Positions 14,052 to 22,384 of a stretch of 64,000 nt of DNA are shown here, in pieces. The notes under the pieces are model-generated. The model searched no databases. It saw only the letters and a list, made by a program, of their open reading frames with translations, and had not been told where the DNA came from. Numbering within the stretch: position 1 is the stretch's first letter; the number at the start of each line of letters is the position of its first letter. Position numbers and translations under genes: made by a program. Location: the NCBI GenBank assembly GCA_963727445.1, contig CAVSGI010000027.1:128001-192000 (forward strand). Reading direction: 5' to 3'. Origin of the DNA: an uncultured delta proteobacterium (lineage in GTDB: Bacteria > Myxococcota_A > Polyangia > Polyangiales > B10-G4).

Positions 14052-15884
14052 ATGCGCGCCCTCGTTCCCAGCTTGCTCGTCGCCGTCCTCGCCATCGCCA
14101 GCGCGGCGCACGCCCAGGAGGCGCCCGACGCCGGACAGCGCTACGTCCTCGAAGGGCGCCTCGATCCGGAGGCGCACACGGTGGACGGCGTCGCCCACAT
14201 CCACTGGCGAAACGACAGCGAGGTGCCGGCCGAGGAAATCTACCTCCACCTCTACCTCAACGCTTTCGAATCCGAGGACACGGTCTTCATGCGGGGCTCG
14301 GGCGGGGAGAGCCGCGGCAACGAGTCCTCGGGCGAAGGAAGCATCGTGATCCGCTCCCTCCGCGACGGAGAGGGACACGACCTGTTGGCGGGCGCCGACG
14401 ACGCGCTCATCCCCGACGACCACACCCAGATGCGTGTGCCGCTCTCCGCGCCCGTTCCCCCCGGCGGCACCCTCGACCTCGAGGCGCACTTCCTCTCCAC
14501 CCTGCCCCCGGTCTTCGCGCGCGCCGGCTACCACGGCTCCTTTCACACGGTGGCGCAGTGGTTTCCGAAGATCGCGCGCCGCGAGGCGGACGGCACCTGG
14601 CGCTCCTTCCCCTACTACGCGCACAGCGAGTTCTACGCGGACTTCGCGCACTACGAGCTCGAGGTCGACGTGCCCGAGGACTTCGTGGTCGGCGCCACGG
14701 GCGAGCTCGTCGAAGAGCGCGTGGAGGATGGCCGCCGCATCCAGCGCTACGAGGCCTATCCCGTCCACGACGCCGCCTTCGTGGCGTGGGATCATTTCCA
14801 ACAGGAGAGCTTCGAGGCCTCGGGCGTGCGCGTGCGCATGCTCTATCCGCCGGGCTACGACTGGACCGTGCCGCTGCACATCCGGACGACGCGCGCCGGG
14901 CTCGCGCACTACGGCCGGCTCGTCGGCGAATACCCCTACGGGTACCTCACGGTGGTGGTGCCTCCGCGCGGCGCCGACGGCGCAGCGGGGATGGAGTACC
15001 CGACGCTCTTTCTGACGGCAGGAGGGCCCTACCCGCTCTCGGCCCTGCCGGTCACCGCGCAACAGGCCACCACGGCGCACGAGCTGGGGCATCAGTGGTT
15101 TCAGGGCATGGTCGCCTCCGACGAGGCGCGCTTTCCCTTCCTCGACGAAGGGCTGACCCAGTGGCTCACGGGCGAGCTCCTCCGGAAGATGGACGGACAG
15201 CGTCACTCCGGCGTCGCCTGGCCAGTCCCCATCGACTTCTTTCAGATCATGCGCGTGGCGAGCTACGCACGCGCCGAGGAGGACCGCCCGCCGGCGTCCC
15301 CCGCCTCGGCGTTTCACGGCGCGGAGTACGGCCGCAGCGTCTACGCCCGCACCAGCACCATCCTCGAGACCGTGCGGCGCACCTGGGGCCGCCGTCGCTT
15401 CGCCCGCGCCCTCGGCGACTACGCGCGCACGAACCGCTTCCGCCACCCGACACCCGAGGCGCTCTACGAGACCTTCGACAGTCACTACTTTCGCGGGTTT
15501 TCGGACCAGGTGCTCAGGCCCGCGCTCGAAGAGGGGCAGAGCGCCGCGCTCACGCTGAAGAGCTTCGAGTCGCGCGAGCGCGAGGGGCGCTATCGCACCG
15601 ACCTCCTCGTCCTGCGCCGGGGCGCGGTGCGCGTCCCGAGCTGGGTGGAGCTCCGCTACACCGGCGGTGAGCGCGAGCGGCTGCCGCTGCGCGCGAACGA
15701 GGACACCTTCCTGCTCCGCCACGAGAGCGACGAGGAGGTGATCGCCGCCGAGGTCAATCCCGACGGCCACGACCTCCTCGACCCCACCTTCGCCGACCGC
15801 TTCCGCGGCGAGGGCCGAGAGCGCTCCGTCTTCGCCTTCGTCTTTCACCTCGCGGAGCTCTTCGCCTCCTGGGTGACGCCATGA
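14052..15884 (+). CDS. Secreted M1-family zinc aminopeptidase
   Basis: Signal peptide, GMEYPT exopeptidase motif, HELGH..FLDEG zinc motif and downstream VYAR Tyr. Confidence 0.9.
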   Translation: MRALVPSLLVAVLAIASAAHAQEAPDAGQRYVLEGRLDPEAHTVDGVAHIHWRNDSEVPAEEIYLHLYLNAFESEDTVFMRGSGGESRGNESSGEGSIVIRSLRDGEGHDLLAGADDALIPDDHTQMRVPLSAPVPPGGTLDLEAHFLSTLPPVFARAGYHGSFHTVAQWFPKIARREADGTWRSFPYYAHSEFYADFAHYELEVDVPEDFVVGATGELVEERVEDGRRIQRYEAYPVHDAAFVAWDHFQQESFEASGVRVRMLYPPGYDWTVPLHIRTTRAGLAHYGRLVGEYPYGYLTVVVPPRGADGAAGMEYPTLFLTAGGPYPLSALPVTAQQATTAHELGHQWFQGMVASDEARFPFLDEGLTQWLTGELLRKMDGQRHSGVAWPVPIDFFQIMRVASYARAEEDRPPASPASAFHGAEYGRSVYARTSTILETVRRTWGRRRFARALGDYARTNRFRHPTPEALYETFDSHYFRGFSDQVLRPALEEGQSAALTLKSFESREREGRYRTDLLVLRRGAVRVPSWVELRYTGGERERLPLRANEDTFLLRHESDEEVIAAEVNPDGHDLLDPTFADRFRGEGRERSVFAFVFHLAELFASWVTP

Positions 15885-16639
15885 AGCGCGACGACTTCGC
15901 GCGCCTGTCGTCGACCTACGCGATGATCCTCCTCGCGTGGATCGTGCTCGCCGCCGCCGCGACCGGCCCCGCCCTCATCGCGGCCTCGGCGCTCGGGGGC
16001 CGCGGCCCCAATCCGATGGGCGCCCTCGCCTTCGAGTCGCTCCTCGAGGGGCGCCGTGTGATCGGCGCGTCGTGGATTGCCTTCGCCTCGCCTCTGCTCC
16101 TGCTCCTCCTCGCCTCACCCTGGCTCTCCGTCTCCTGGCTGAGCGCCCTCGGCCGCCGCGAGCCCCTCCGCGAGTCTCTTTCTCTCGGCGCCCGGCGCTA
16201 CGGGTCCGCCGTGGTCTCGAGCCTCTTGCTCGTGCCGCTGCTCCTCGTCTCACTCGGCCTGCTCGCGGCGGGGCCCCTGTTGGCCAGCGCCGTCGTCGGT
16301 GACGTCGATGCCCGCGCCTCGGACCTGTGGTCGCTCGTCGCGTGCCTGCCCGGCCTGATGGCCCTCGCGGCCTGGGCGGCGTGCCACGACCTCGCCCGCG
16401 CGCGCCTCGCCATCACCCGCGAAAGCGCTGCTCTGGCCGTCCTCGGGGCCATCCGGCAGCTGCGTCCACGCGCGGTCCTCCGCTACGCGCTCTTCTTCAC
16501 GCTCGCCCTGACCCTGGCCGGTCTCGGGGTGATGGCCACCGGCGCGCTGTCGAGCGCCCTCGCCCTCGTGACGGGGCAGCTCTTCGTCCTGGCCCGCCTC
16601 GGTGTGCGGGGGCTCTACCTCGCGGGTCTGGTGCGCTAG
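15881..16639 (+). CDS. Polytopic membrane protein coupled to the M1 peptidase
   Basis: About six hydrophobic segments; ATGA overlap with the peptidase stop. Confidence 0.7.
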   Translation: MKRDDFARLSSTYAMILLAWIVLAAAATGPALIAASALGGRGPNPMGALAFESLLEGRRVIGASWIAFASPLLLLLLASPWLSVSWLSALGRREPLRESLSLGARRYGSAVVSSLLLVPLLLVSLGLLAAGPLLASAVVGDVDARASDLWSLVACLPGLMALAAWAACHDLARARLAITRESAALAVLGAIRQLRPRAVLRYALFFTLALTLAGLGVMATGALSSALALVTGQLFVLARLGVRGLYLAGLVR

Positions 16640-16646
16640 TGCCTGG

Positions 16647-18413
16647 CTAGCGCATCAAGCCCTGGTCGAAGGCGTCGAGGCCGACCAACCCGTTGCTCAT
16701 TCGGGGCGACGCGCTCATGTGCGGCGTCGGGTCGGGATTCGACGGAGGCGCGTGCATCTCGGAAGCCGTGGTCGTCGTGGTCGCCGCTGCCGTGGTCATG
16801 GCTGCGGAGCCTCGCCGCCGGCCACGGACGCGCCGCCGGCGCGCGTCGGCCGCTGCGCGCGCTTCTTCTTCCTGCGCACGCGCAGCTTCGGCGGCGGCCG
16901 CCGCCTCCGCCCCTTCCGCCTCCGCGTTGTCCTCGGGCCCGGCCGCCGCTTCGTCCTCGCCGTCACTCGGGCCGACCTCGGTCGTCCCGACCGGTTCGGC
17001 CTCGGTGGTCTCAGGCGGCGTCGTGATCTCCAGAGCGGGCGCAGTCGCTGCAGTCGTCTCGGTGTCCGCGTCGTCATCGGAGCTGCCCACCGCGAAGACG
17101 CCGACGCCCAAGCCGACGAGCACGATCACCGCGGCGACCGCGAGCTTGGGCCCGTTGCCTGACTTCTGCGTCGTCAGGGGAACCGGGACGGCGAAAGGAT
17201 TGTCCGCCTCGTCGAGGCGCACCTGTGTGATGACCTCGCCGGGGGCGGCCGCGGCCGACGGCGCCGAAGCGTCCATGTCGATGCGGGGATCGGCGCCCGC
17301 GTTCGACTCGGGCTCGGTGTCGTGGCTGTCGCTGCCGACGGTCTGCACCGCGCTCTGCACGCCGCTCGGCGTGAGACCGAGCTCCACGTGCTGCTCGAGC
17401 TGCCCCTCGACGCCGCCCGCGGGTCGCGAGGTGAGCGCGAGCTTGATGTTCTCGCGGATCTTGCCCAGGGCATCGCCACCGGACCTGCGCACGAAGTCGG
17501 TGACCTCGTCCTTGTCGTTGTGGATCCCAGCGGCCATCGCCGCGCGCCTCAGACGCTGCTCGAACTCGCGAGCGGTCGGGCAGCGCAAGTCGCGATTGCG
17601 CTCGAGGGCGGAGGCCACCACATCGGCCACCTCCTGGGGCACGTCCGGACGCACCTCGGTGACGCTCAGGATCGGCATGTTCCGCACCCGGTCCATGGTC
17701 TCGGCGGGATGCTCGCCCACGAAGAGCCGCTGACCGGTGAAGAACTCCCAGGCGACCACGCCGAGGCTGAAGAGGTCGGCCCGGCGGTCGATCTCCTGCG
17801 CCGTGAGCTGCTCCGGCGCCATGTAGGCGAACTTGCCCTTGACCCGACCGGCCACCGTCTCGGTCATGCGTTGGACAGCGCGCGCCACGCCGAAGTCGGT
17901 GAGGCGGACCCGGCCGTCGACGCCCACCAGGACGTTCTGGGGGGAGACGTCGCGGTGGACGATGTGCAGGGGCTCGCCCAGGGGTGTCGCCGCCTCGTGG
18001 GCGTCGTGCAAACCGTGGGCGGCCTGGCAGAGCAGGTCGATGGCCACGTGCACCGGGATGGGGCGCCGGTTCTTCACGCTCCACTTCAGCAGGCGCGCGA
18101 GGGTCACGCCCACCACCAGCTCCATCACGATGTAGAGCGAGCCATCGTCGGCGCGACCGAGATCGATGGTGGACACGCAGTTCGGGCTCGAGATGTTCGC
18201 GGCGACCCGAGCCTCATCCAAGAACATGTTGGTGAACTCGTCGTCGTCGGCGAGCTGCGGAAGCATGCGCTTGACGGCGACGAGCTTCTGGAAGCCGGCC
18301 TCGCCACGTACGCGCGCGGCGTAAACTTCCGCCATCCCCCCAGACGCGATGCGAAATAGAAGCTCGTAACGGCCCACCGAACGTGGCTGGGAGTCCCTCT
18401 TTGCAGGGTCCAC
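16647..18413 (-). CDS. Hanks-type Ser/Thr protein kinase with one TM helix and a low-complexity extracytoplasmic tail
   Basis: IASGGMAEVY, VAVK, HRDVSPQN, DFG, KGKFAYMAPE, DLFSLG; TM segment LAVAAVIVLVGLGVGVFAV. Confidence 0.95.
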   Translation of the reverse strand: MDPAKRDSQPRSVGRYELLFRIASGGMAEVYAARVRGEAGFQKLVAVKRMLPQLADDDEFTNMFLDEARVAANISSPNCVSTIDLGRADDGSLYIVMELVVGVTLARLLKWSVKNRRPIPVHVAIDLLCQAAHGLHDAHEAATPLGEPLHIVHRDVSPQNVLVGVDGRVRLTDFGVARAVQRMTETVAGRVKGKFAYMAPEQLTAQEIDRRADLFSLGVVAWEFFTGQRLFVGEHPAETMDRVRNMPILSVTEVRPDVPQEVADVVASALERNRDLRCPTAREFEQRLRRAAMAAGIHNDKDEVTDFVRRSGGDALGKIRENIKLALTSRPAGGVEGQLEQHVELGLTPSGVQSAVQTVGSDSHDTEPESNAGADPRIDMDASAPSAAAAPGEVITQVRLDEADNPFAVPVPLTTQKSGNGPKLAVAAVIVLVGLGVGVFAVGSSDDDADTETTAATAPALEITTPPETTEAEPVGTTEVGPSDGEDEAAAGPEDNAEAEGAEAAAAAEAARAQEEEARAAADARRRRVRGRRRGSAAMTTAAATTTTTASEMHAPPSNPDPTPHMSASPRMSNGLVGLDAFDQGLMR

Positions 18414-18496
18414 GAGCGTTAGACTAACAGGTCGGCCCGTCCTTGGTCAGGTATGGCGACCAGGGTGTCGCACCCCGGCGCACATGTAAGGGACCG

Positions 18497-19021
18497 TCAC
18501 TCGCAAAGGTGACGGCCGTCGGTACGGCAGTAGGAGCTCGAATCCCCATCGACGCAGCCCCGAATGGCGCACATCCCCACTATCGTGGGCGAGGAGTCTC
18601 GCATCGTGGGGATCTCCGTGATGTCGGCCGTCCAGAAGGTGCGGGCGCCGATGTAGAAGGGATGCTCGAGCTGGAACCATCGCTCCGGAGCCATGTCGTC
18701 GGCGATGTCGGTGCAGTTCGGGTTGGCGCAGAAGCGGACCTTGATGTTCAGGTCGGTGGTGTCGTCGGTGGAAAGGACGCTGATGTGGTCCTGGATGTCC
18801 GTCATCGGGTCGAGCTCGACCGCGGGCAGGTCGTCCCCGCGCCACTCGTCGGCGAAGGGATTCTCGGCGGCAGCCCGGGGCTGCGTCAGGACGTAGACGG
18901 TGCTGCCATCGGAGGGCCCCTGCGGGAGGTTCAGGGTGATCTCGAGGGATGCGTTCTGCGCGCAGCCGGCGCCCCCGAGGACGAGGAGCAGGAGCGAGAG
19001 GTGGAGTGGATACCTCCTCAT
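18497..19021 (-). CDS. Cys-containing lipoprotein
   Basis: MRRYPLHLSLLLLVLGGAGC lipobox; six further Cys, four of them near the C-terminus. Start overlaps the upstream stop. Confidence 0.7.
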   Translation of the reverse strand: MRRYPLHLSLLLLVLGGAGCAQNASLEITLNLPQGPSDGSTVYVLTQPRAAAENPFADEWRGDDLPAVELDPMTDIQDHISVLSTDDTTDLNIKVRFCANPNCTDIADDMAPERWFQLEHPFYIGARTFWTADITEIPTMRDSSPTIVGMCAIRGCVDGDSSSYCRTDGRHLCE

Positions 19022-19815
19022 AGCGAGTACGCCCGGTCGGGATAGTCCGGTTGGAGCTGCGCGCCCTCGTAGATGAGATAGGCCGCGACACCGCCACCGA
19101 TCAGCAGGGCGGCGCTGATGAGGACCCAGCCCCACCAGGGAAAGCCTCCCCCCTCGTCCACCGTGCCCGTACCCGTGCCCGTGCCCGTGCCCGCGCCCGT
19201 GCCCGACCCACTTCCCGACCCGGCACCCGTTCCGCCACCGACCGACACGGGCTGCATGTCCACGTCGACGTCGCGCTGATCGCCGTCTTCGAGCTCGCCA
19301 TCCCAGACGAAGGGCGAAAAGCCGGGGGCGCGCACGGTCAGGGTGTGCGCGCCAGGGTCTCCTTCGATGAGCAGGGGTCGCTCGCCGTCGTCGGCCACCG
19401 GTTGACCGTCGAAGCGGATCACGTAGCGACTCCCCGGCTCGAGGCCCTCGAGGGTGAGGCGTACCACTCTGCCCGCGGACTCGTTTCGGTAGCGTCTCGC
19501 CTCCTGGCGCTTTTCCCGATCGAAGCGGGGATGATCTTCGAGGAGGCGGTTGAAGGCGTCGCGCGCCTCGCGGTGTCGGCCGAGGGCCCGGAGAGCGAAG
19601 CCCAGGTTGTAGAGCGCCGCGGCCACCCCCGAGAGCTCATACGCTCTCGAGAAGCTGTCGACCGCGTCCGACCAGCGACCCGACTCGACCGCAGCTTGCC
19701 CCGCCATGAAGAGGGCGCGCGCCTCGGCGATCTCGGCGTCGGTGGCCTCCTGAGCCGACGCCAGGCTCGGGAGAAGCAAGAGGCAGAAAGCTACGGCGAA
19801 GGCTCGCCAGAACAT
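19018..19815 (-). CDS. TPR + PEGA-like domain protein with a Gly/Thr linker and C-terminal TM segment
   Basis: Signal peptide, TPR (FSRAYEL..ALYNLG), PGAHTLTVRAPG, (GT)n linker, then WWGWVLISAALLIGGG. Confidence 0.78.
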   Translation of the reverse strand: MFWRAFAVAFCLLLLPSLASAQEATDAEIAEARALFMAGQAAVESGRWSDAVDSFSRAYELSGVAAALYNLGFALRALGRHREARDAFNRLLEDHPRFDREKRQEARRYRNESAGRVVRLTLEGLEPGSRYVIRFDGQPVADDGERPLLIEGDPGAHTLTVRAPGFSPFVWDGELEDGDQRDVDVDMQPVSVGGGTGAGSGSGSGTGAGTGTGTGTGTVDEGGGFPWWGWVLISAALLIGGGVAAYLIYEGAQLQPDYPDRAYSL

Positions 19816-19924
19816 ACGCACGGGCCGAAGTCTACCAGCCCCGACCGGGCCAGAGGTAGCCCGAAGGGCGCAGCCCTTGACGGGGCCCGCGGCCGTGCAC
19901 ATCCATGGGCCCGCGTCGGCATCC

Positions 19925-20091
19925 ATGAAGCAGTAGCGGACCGGGCACGTGAGTCTCTTCCAAAGAGATCAGGACTGCGAATCCCCCTCCCTCCGTACTG
20001 CGCGTCGCTTCATACGTAGACGCTCGACGCACCCTTTTCCGGGCCCGACGGACGGGCCCCTCTTCACTCCCTCGAAACGAGGAGGGAGGTG
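19925..20091 (+). ncRNA. Candidate structured RNA / 5' leader upstream of the slipin gene
   Basis: GCAGTA(G)CGGA (19930-19940) pairs with TCCGTACTGC (19992-20001) and ATGAAGC (19925-31) with GCTTCAT (20007-13). Inner hairpin GTCTC-TTCCAAA-GAGAT, plus GGGCCC..GGGCCC and CTCCCTC..GAGGGAG hairpins. Confidence 0.45.
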
Positions 20092-20095
20092 CATC

Positions 20096-20938
20096 GTGAA
20101 AGATCCCATCGTCATTCCCCAATCGCACATCGGCCTGCTCTACGAGGACGGCGTGTTCACCAAGACCCTCGACCCCGGCAAGCATGCGCTCGCGCGGGGC
20201 TTCTTCGACAAGATCGAGCGCGAGGTCACGATCGTCGATCTGCGCGAGCGTTCGATCGTCATCAAGGGCCAGGAGATCCTGACGCGCGACAAGGTCGCGA
20301 TCCGCGTCTCGCTCCTCGTGTATTTCCGCGTGGTCGATCCCGTGGCTGCGATCCACGAGGTCGAGGCGTATGAGGCGCGCATCTACGAGGACGTCCAGCT
20401 CGCGGCCCGCCGCTTCCTCGCGTCGAGGAACCTCGACGCCATCCTGAGCGACCGCAACGAGATCTCGGACGCCGTCCGCGAGTCGGTGGGCGCACAAGCG
20501 CGCGCCTACGGCGTCGAGATCAAGCGCGCCGACGTCAAGGACCTGGTCTTCCCCGGCAACCTCCGCGCGATCATGAATCAGGTCCTGGAGACCGAGCGTA
20601 AGAACGAGGCGCGCCTGATCCAAGCGAAGAAGGACATCGAGGCGCAGTCGCTCAAGGCCCAGGCCGAGATCGAGACCGCGCGCCTGCAGCTGGAGGCGCA
20701 GAAAGAGCGCCAGTCGCTTCAGCTCGACAACGACCGCCGCGCCGCCGAGGCCGAGCTCGAGCGTCGTCGCGCTGCGCTCGCGGCAGACGTCGAGGAGGCC
20801 AAGGCCCTGGCCGAGCACCCTGCCCTCTTGCGCCTGCGCGAGCTGCGCGCGCTGGTCGACATGTCGCACGACGGCGCGAAGCTCTTCGTGGGCTTGAAGC
20901 CGAAAGGTTTTGGCGAGCTCCTCGAAAAGAGCGAGTAA
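20096..20938 (+). CDS. SPFH/Band-7 (slipin-type) protein without a TM anchor
   Basis: GLLYEDG..LDPG, VDLRERSIVIKGQEILTRDKVAIRV, DVKDLVFPG, C-terminal coiled coil and HPALLRLRELRAL. GGAGGGAGG RBS before the GTG at 20096. Confidence 0.87.
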   Translation: MKDPIVIPQSHIGLLYEDGVFTKTLDPGKHALARGFFDKIEREVTIVDLRERSIVIKGQEILTRDKVAIRVSLLVYFRVVDPVAAIHEVEAYEARIYEDVQLAARRFLASRNLDAILSDRNEISDAVRESVGAQARAYGVEIKRADVKDLVFPGNLRAIMNQVLETERKNEARLIQAKKDIEAQSLKAQAEIETARLQLEAQKERQSLQLDNDRRAAEAELERRRAALAADVEEAKALAEHPALLRLRELRALVDMSHDGAKLFVGLKPKGFGELLEKSE

Positions 20939-21011
20939 CGCAGCCCCGAGAGCCGTCGCGGACGCCAGGTGGGCGCGTCAGGAGACGCGAAGTCAGCGAT
21001 GCACGGGCTCT

Positions 21012-21029
21012 ACTTTCCCCGGGGAAAGT
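21012..21029. repeat. Perfect 18-bp palindrome ACTTTCCCCGGGGAAAGT
   Basis: Read directly; self-complementary. Confidence 0.85.
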
Positions 21030-21070
21030 GCTCGGGTTCGAATCACTCCCCGCGCGGGGACCTCGGACGA

Positions 21071-21225
21071 ACCGATCTCGCCAGCATCGCCCGATGACCC
21101 CGAGAGTGGATCGCTCTGGCGCACCGATCTCCCACCCAACGCGCGATGACCCCGAGAGCGGCCCGCCCTGGCGCACCGATTCTCGCAGGCATCGCGCGAT
21201 GGCCCCGAGAGCGGCCCGCACCGAC
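21071..21225. repeat. Three degenerate ~52-bp tandem repeats (ACCGAT..GATGACCCCGAGAG..GGCGC)
   Basis: ACCGAT recurs at 21071, 21123 and 21175, each followed by a GATG(A/G)CCCCGAGAG core; the third copy is shortened. Confidence 0.75.
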
Positions 21226-21704
21226 ACGCCGATCCTCCCACCAGAAAACGCTTGTCCGGCCGACGAAAACAGCGACATCGAGTCACAGGCCATGTGAGCC
21301 AGGTGGCCTGTAAGAACCCCCTAGTCAGAGCGAGCTCACCGAGCTTCGTCGCGTCGCTCCTTCCCCACCTCACCCATCTCGCGGCTCACCCAGCGCGCGC
21401 GTGGGCGCATGCCCACAGAGGCGCCGCAGGCGCCGCGGCCCGAGACGTCCTCCCTCGCCGAGCCGCTCCGGGCGGCACGATCCGCCACCGCACCTCAACC
21501 ACGCCCTCCGTCCCACGCCTCCATCCACCGATGCGCGCCCCCGTCATCCTCCGCCGCCGCATCGGCATCCGCGCCCCCTCATCAGCCAAAGCCAGTCAGC
21601 GCCCGCGCCCGACCTCCCCGCGTCTCCGACCACCTCCAGGCGCAACCCGGCCCTCGCGCGAGCGCGTTCTGCTCCTGTACCCGCGCATCCCCCACGCACG
21701 TCCG

Positions 21705-22175
21705 TCACTGACTCGCGCACAGCCGCGCGAAGAGATGAGCGAGACGCTCCCGCTCTGGCGTCGCGCTTCGTGGCGAGCCCAGCACCCACGCCGCGTCCTC
21801 GCAGCGGCGCACGCAGTCCACGCGCTCGCGCACACGGCGGACGATGCACGCGTCGTAGTTCGCCTCCCCCGCGCACGACATGAGTGGATTGCCCATTTCC
21901 TCTTCCGCCAGCGAACCGCCGGCGTCCGCGTCGACGAGGTGCGTGAAGTACCCGAGCTCTTCGCAGTCGTAGTCCCGCCACGAATCGCCCACCCAGCGCC
22001 CGCGCTCGTCCGGCACCGGCTCCCGCGCGCGGCGCGCTCGGCGCCAAGGCACCCGCACCTCCGCCGACTCGAACACCCGCGCCCGCTCGCTCACCTTCGG
22101 CTGAGCAGACTCCACCGCCCCGCCGCCACACCCGACGCACCACAACACGAGCCCCACGACGACCCGACCACGCAC
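21705..22175 (-). CDS. Hypothetical Cys-rich lipoprotein
   Basis: VVVGLVLWCVGC lipobox-like N-terminus and several Cys. Codon usage is atypical and the start is uncertain. Confidence 0.4.
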   Translation of the reverse strand: MRGRVVVGLVLWCVGCGGGAVESAQPKVSERARVFESAEVRVPWRRARRAREPVPDERGRWVGDSWRDYDCEELGYFTHLVDADAGGSLAEEEMGNPLMSCAGEANYDACIVRRVRERVDCVRRCEDAAWVLGSPRSATPERERLAHLFARLCASQ

Positions 22176-22384
22176 CCATCGAGTATGACGTGGCGCCACG
22201 CGAAGTCACACGCGGCGAGCGCCCCCGCAGGGCCCGACTGGCGCGTTACGTTTCCAGCTCAGTAGGAGGCGTGCAGGTGCGTCGATCGCCGAGCGCCCCC
22301 GCAGGCCCCGACCGAGGCGCACTTCCGTGCGCCGCAGGGAGGGCCCGAGGAGGAAAGCCGGCGAGCGGCGTGCCTGCGCGCCTC

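Noticed and set aside
19160..19232. GTGCCC hexamer run as a regulatory repeat
   Set aside because: Encodes the Gly-Thr linker of the TPR-PEGA protein.
19930..20001. Canonical tRNA-Trp gene
   Set aside because: An anticodon-like arm is present, but there is no proper D-arm, GTTCRA T-loop or CCA end; kept only as a tRNA-like candidate.
21071..21225. CRISPR array
   Set aside because: Only three degenerate units, variable parts too short and mutually similar, and no cas genes in the window.
22217..22312. Duplicated GAGCGCCCCCGCAGG..CCGAC downstream of the giant TPR gene
   Set aside because: Only two short copies; cannot be distinguished from generic intergenic repeats.
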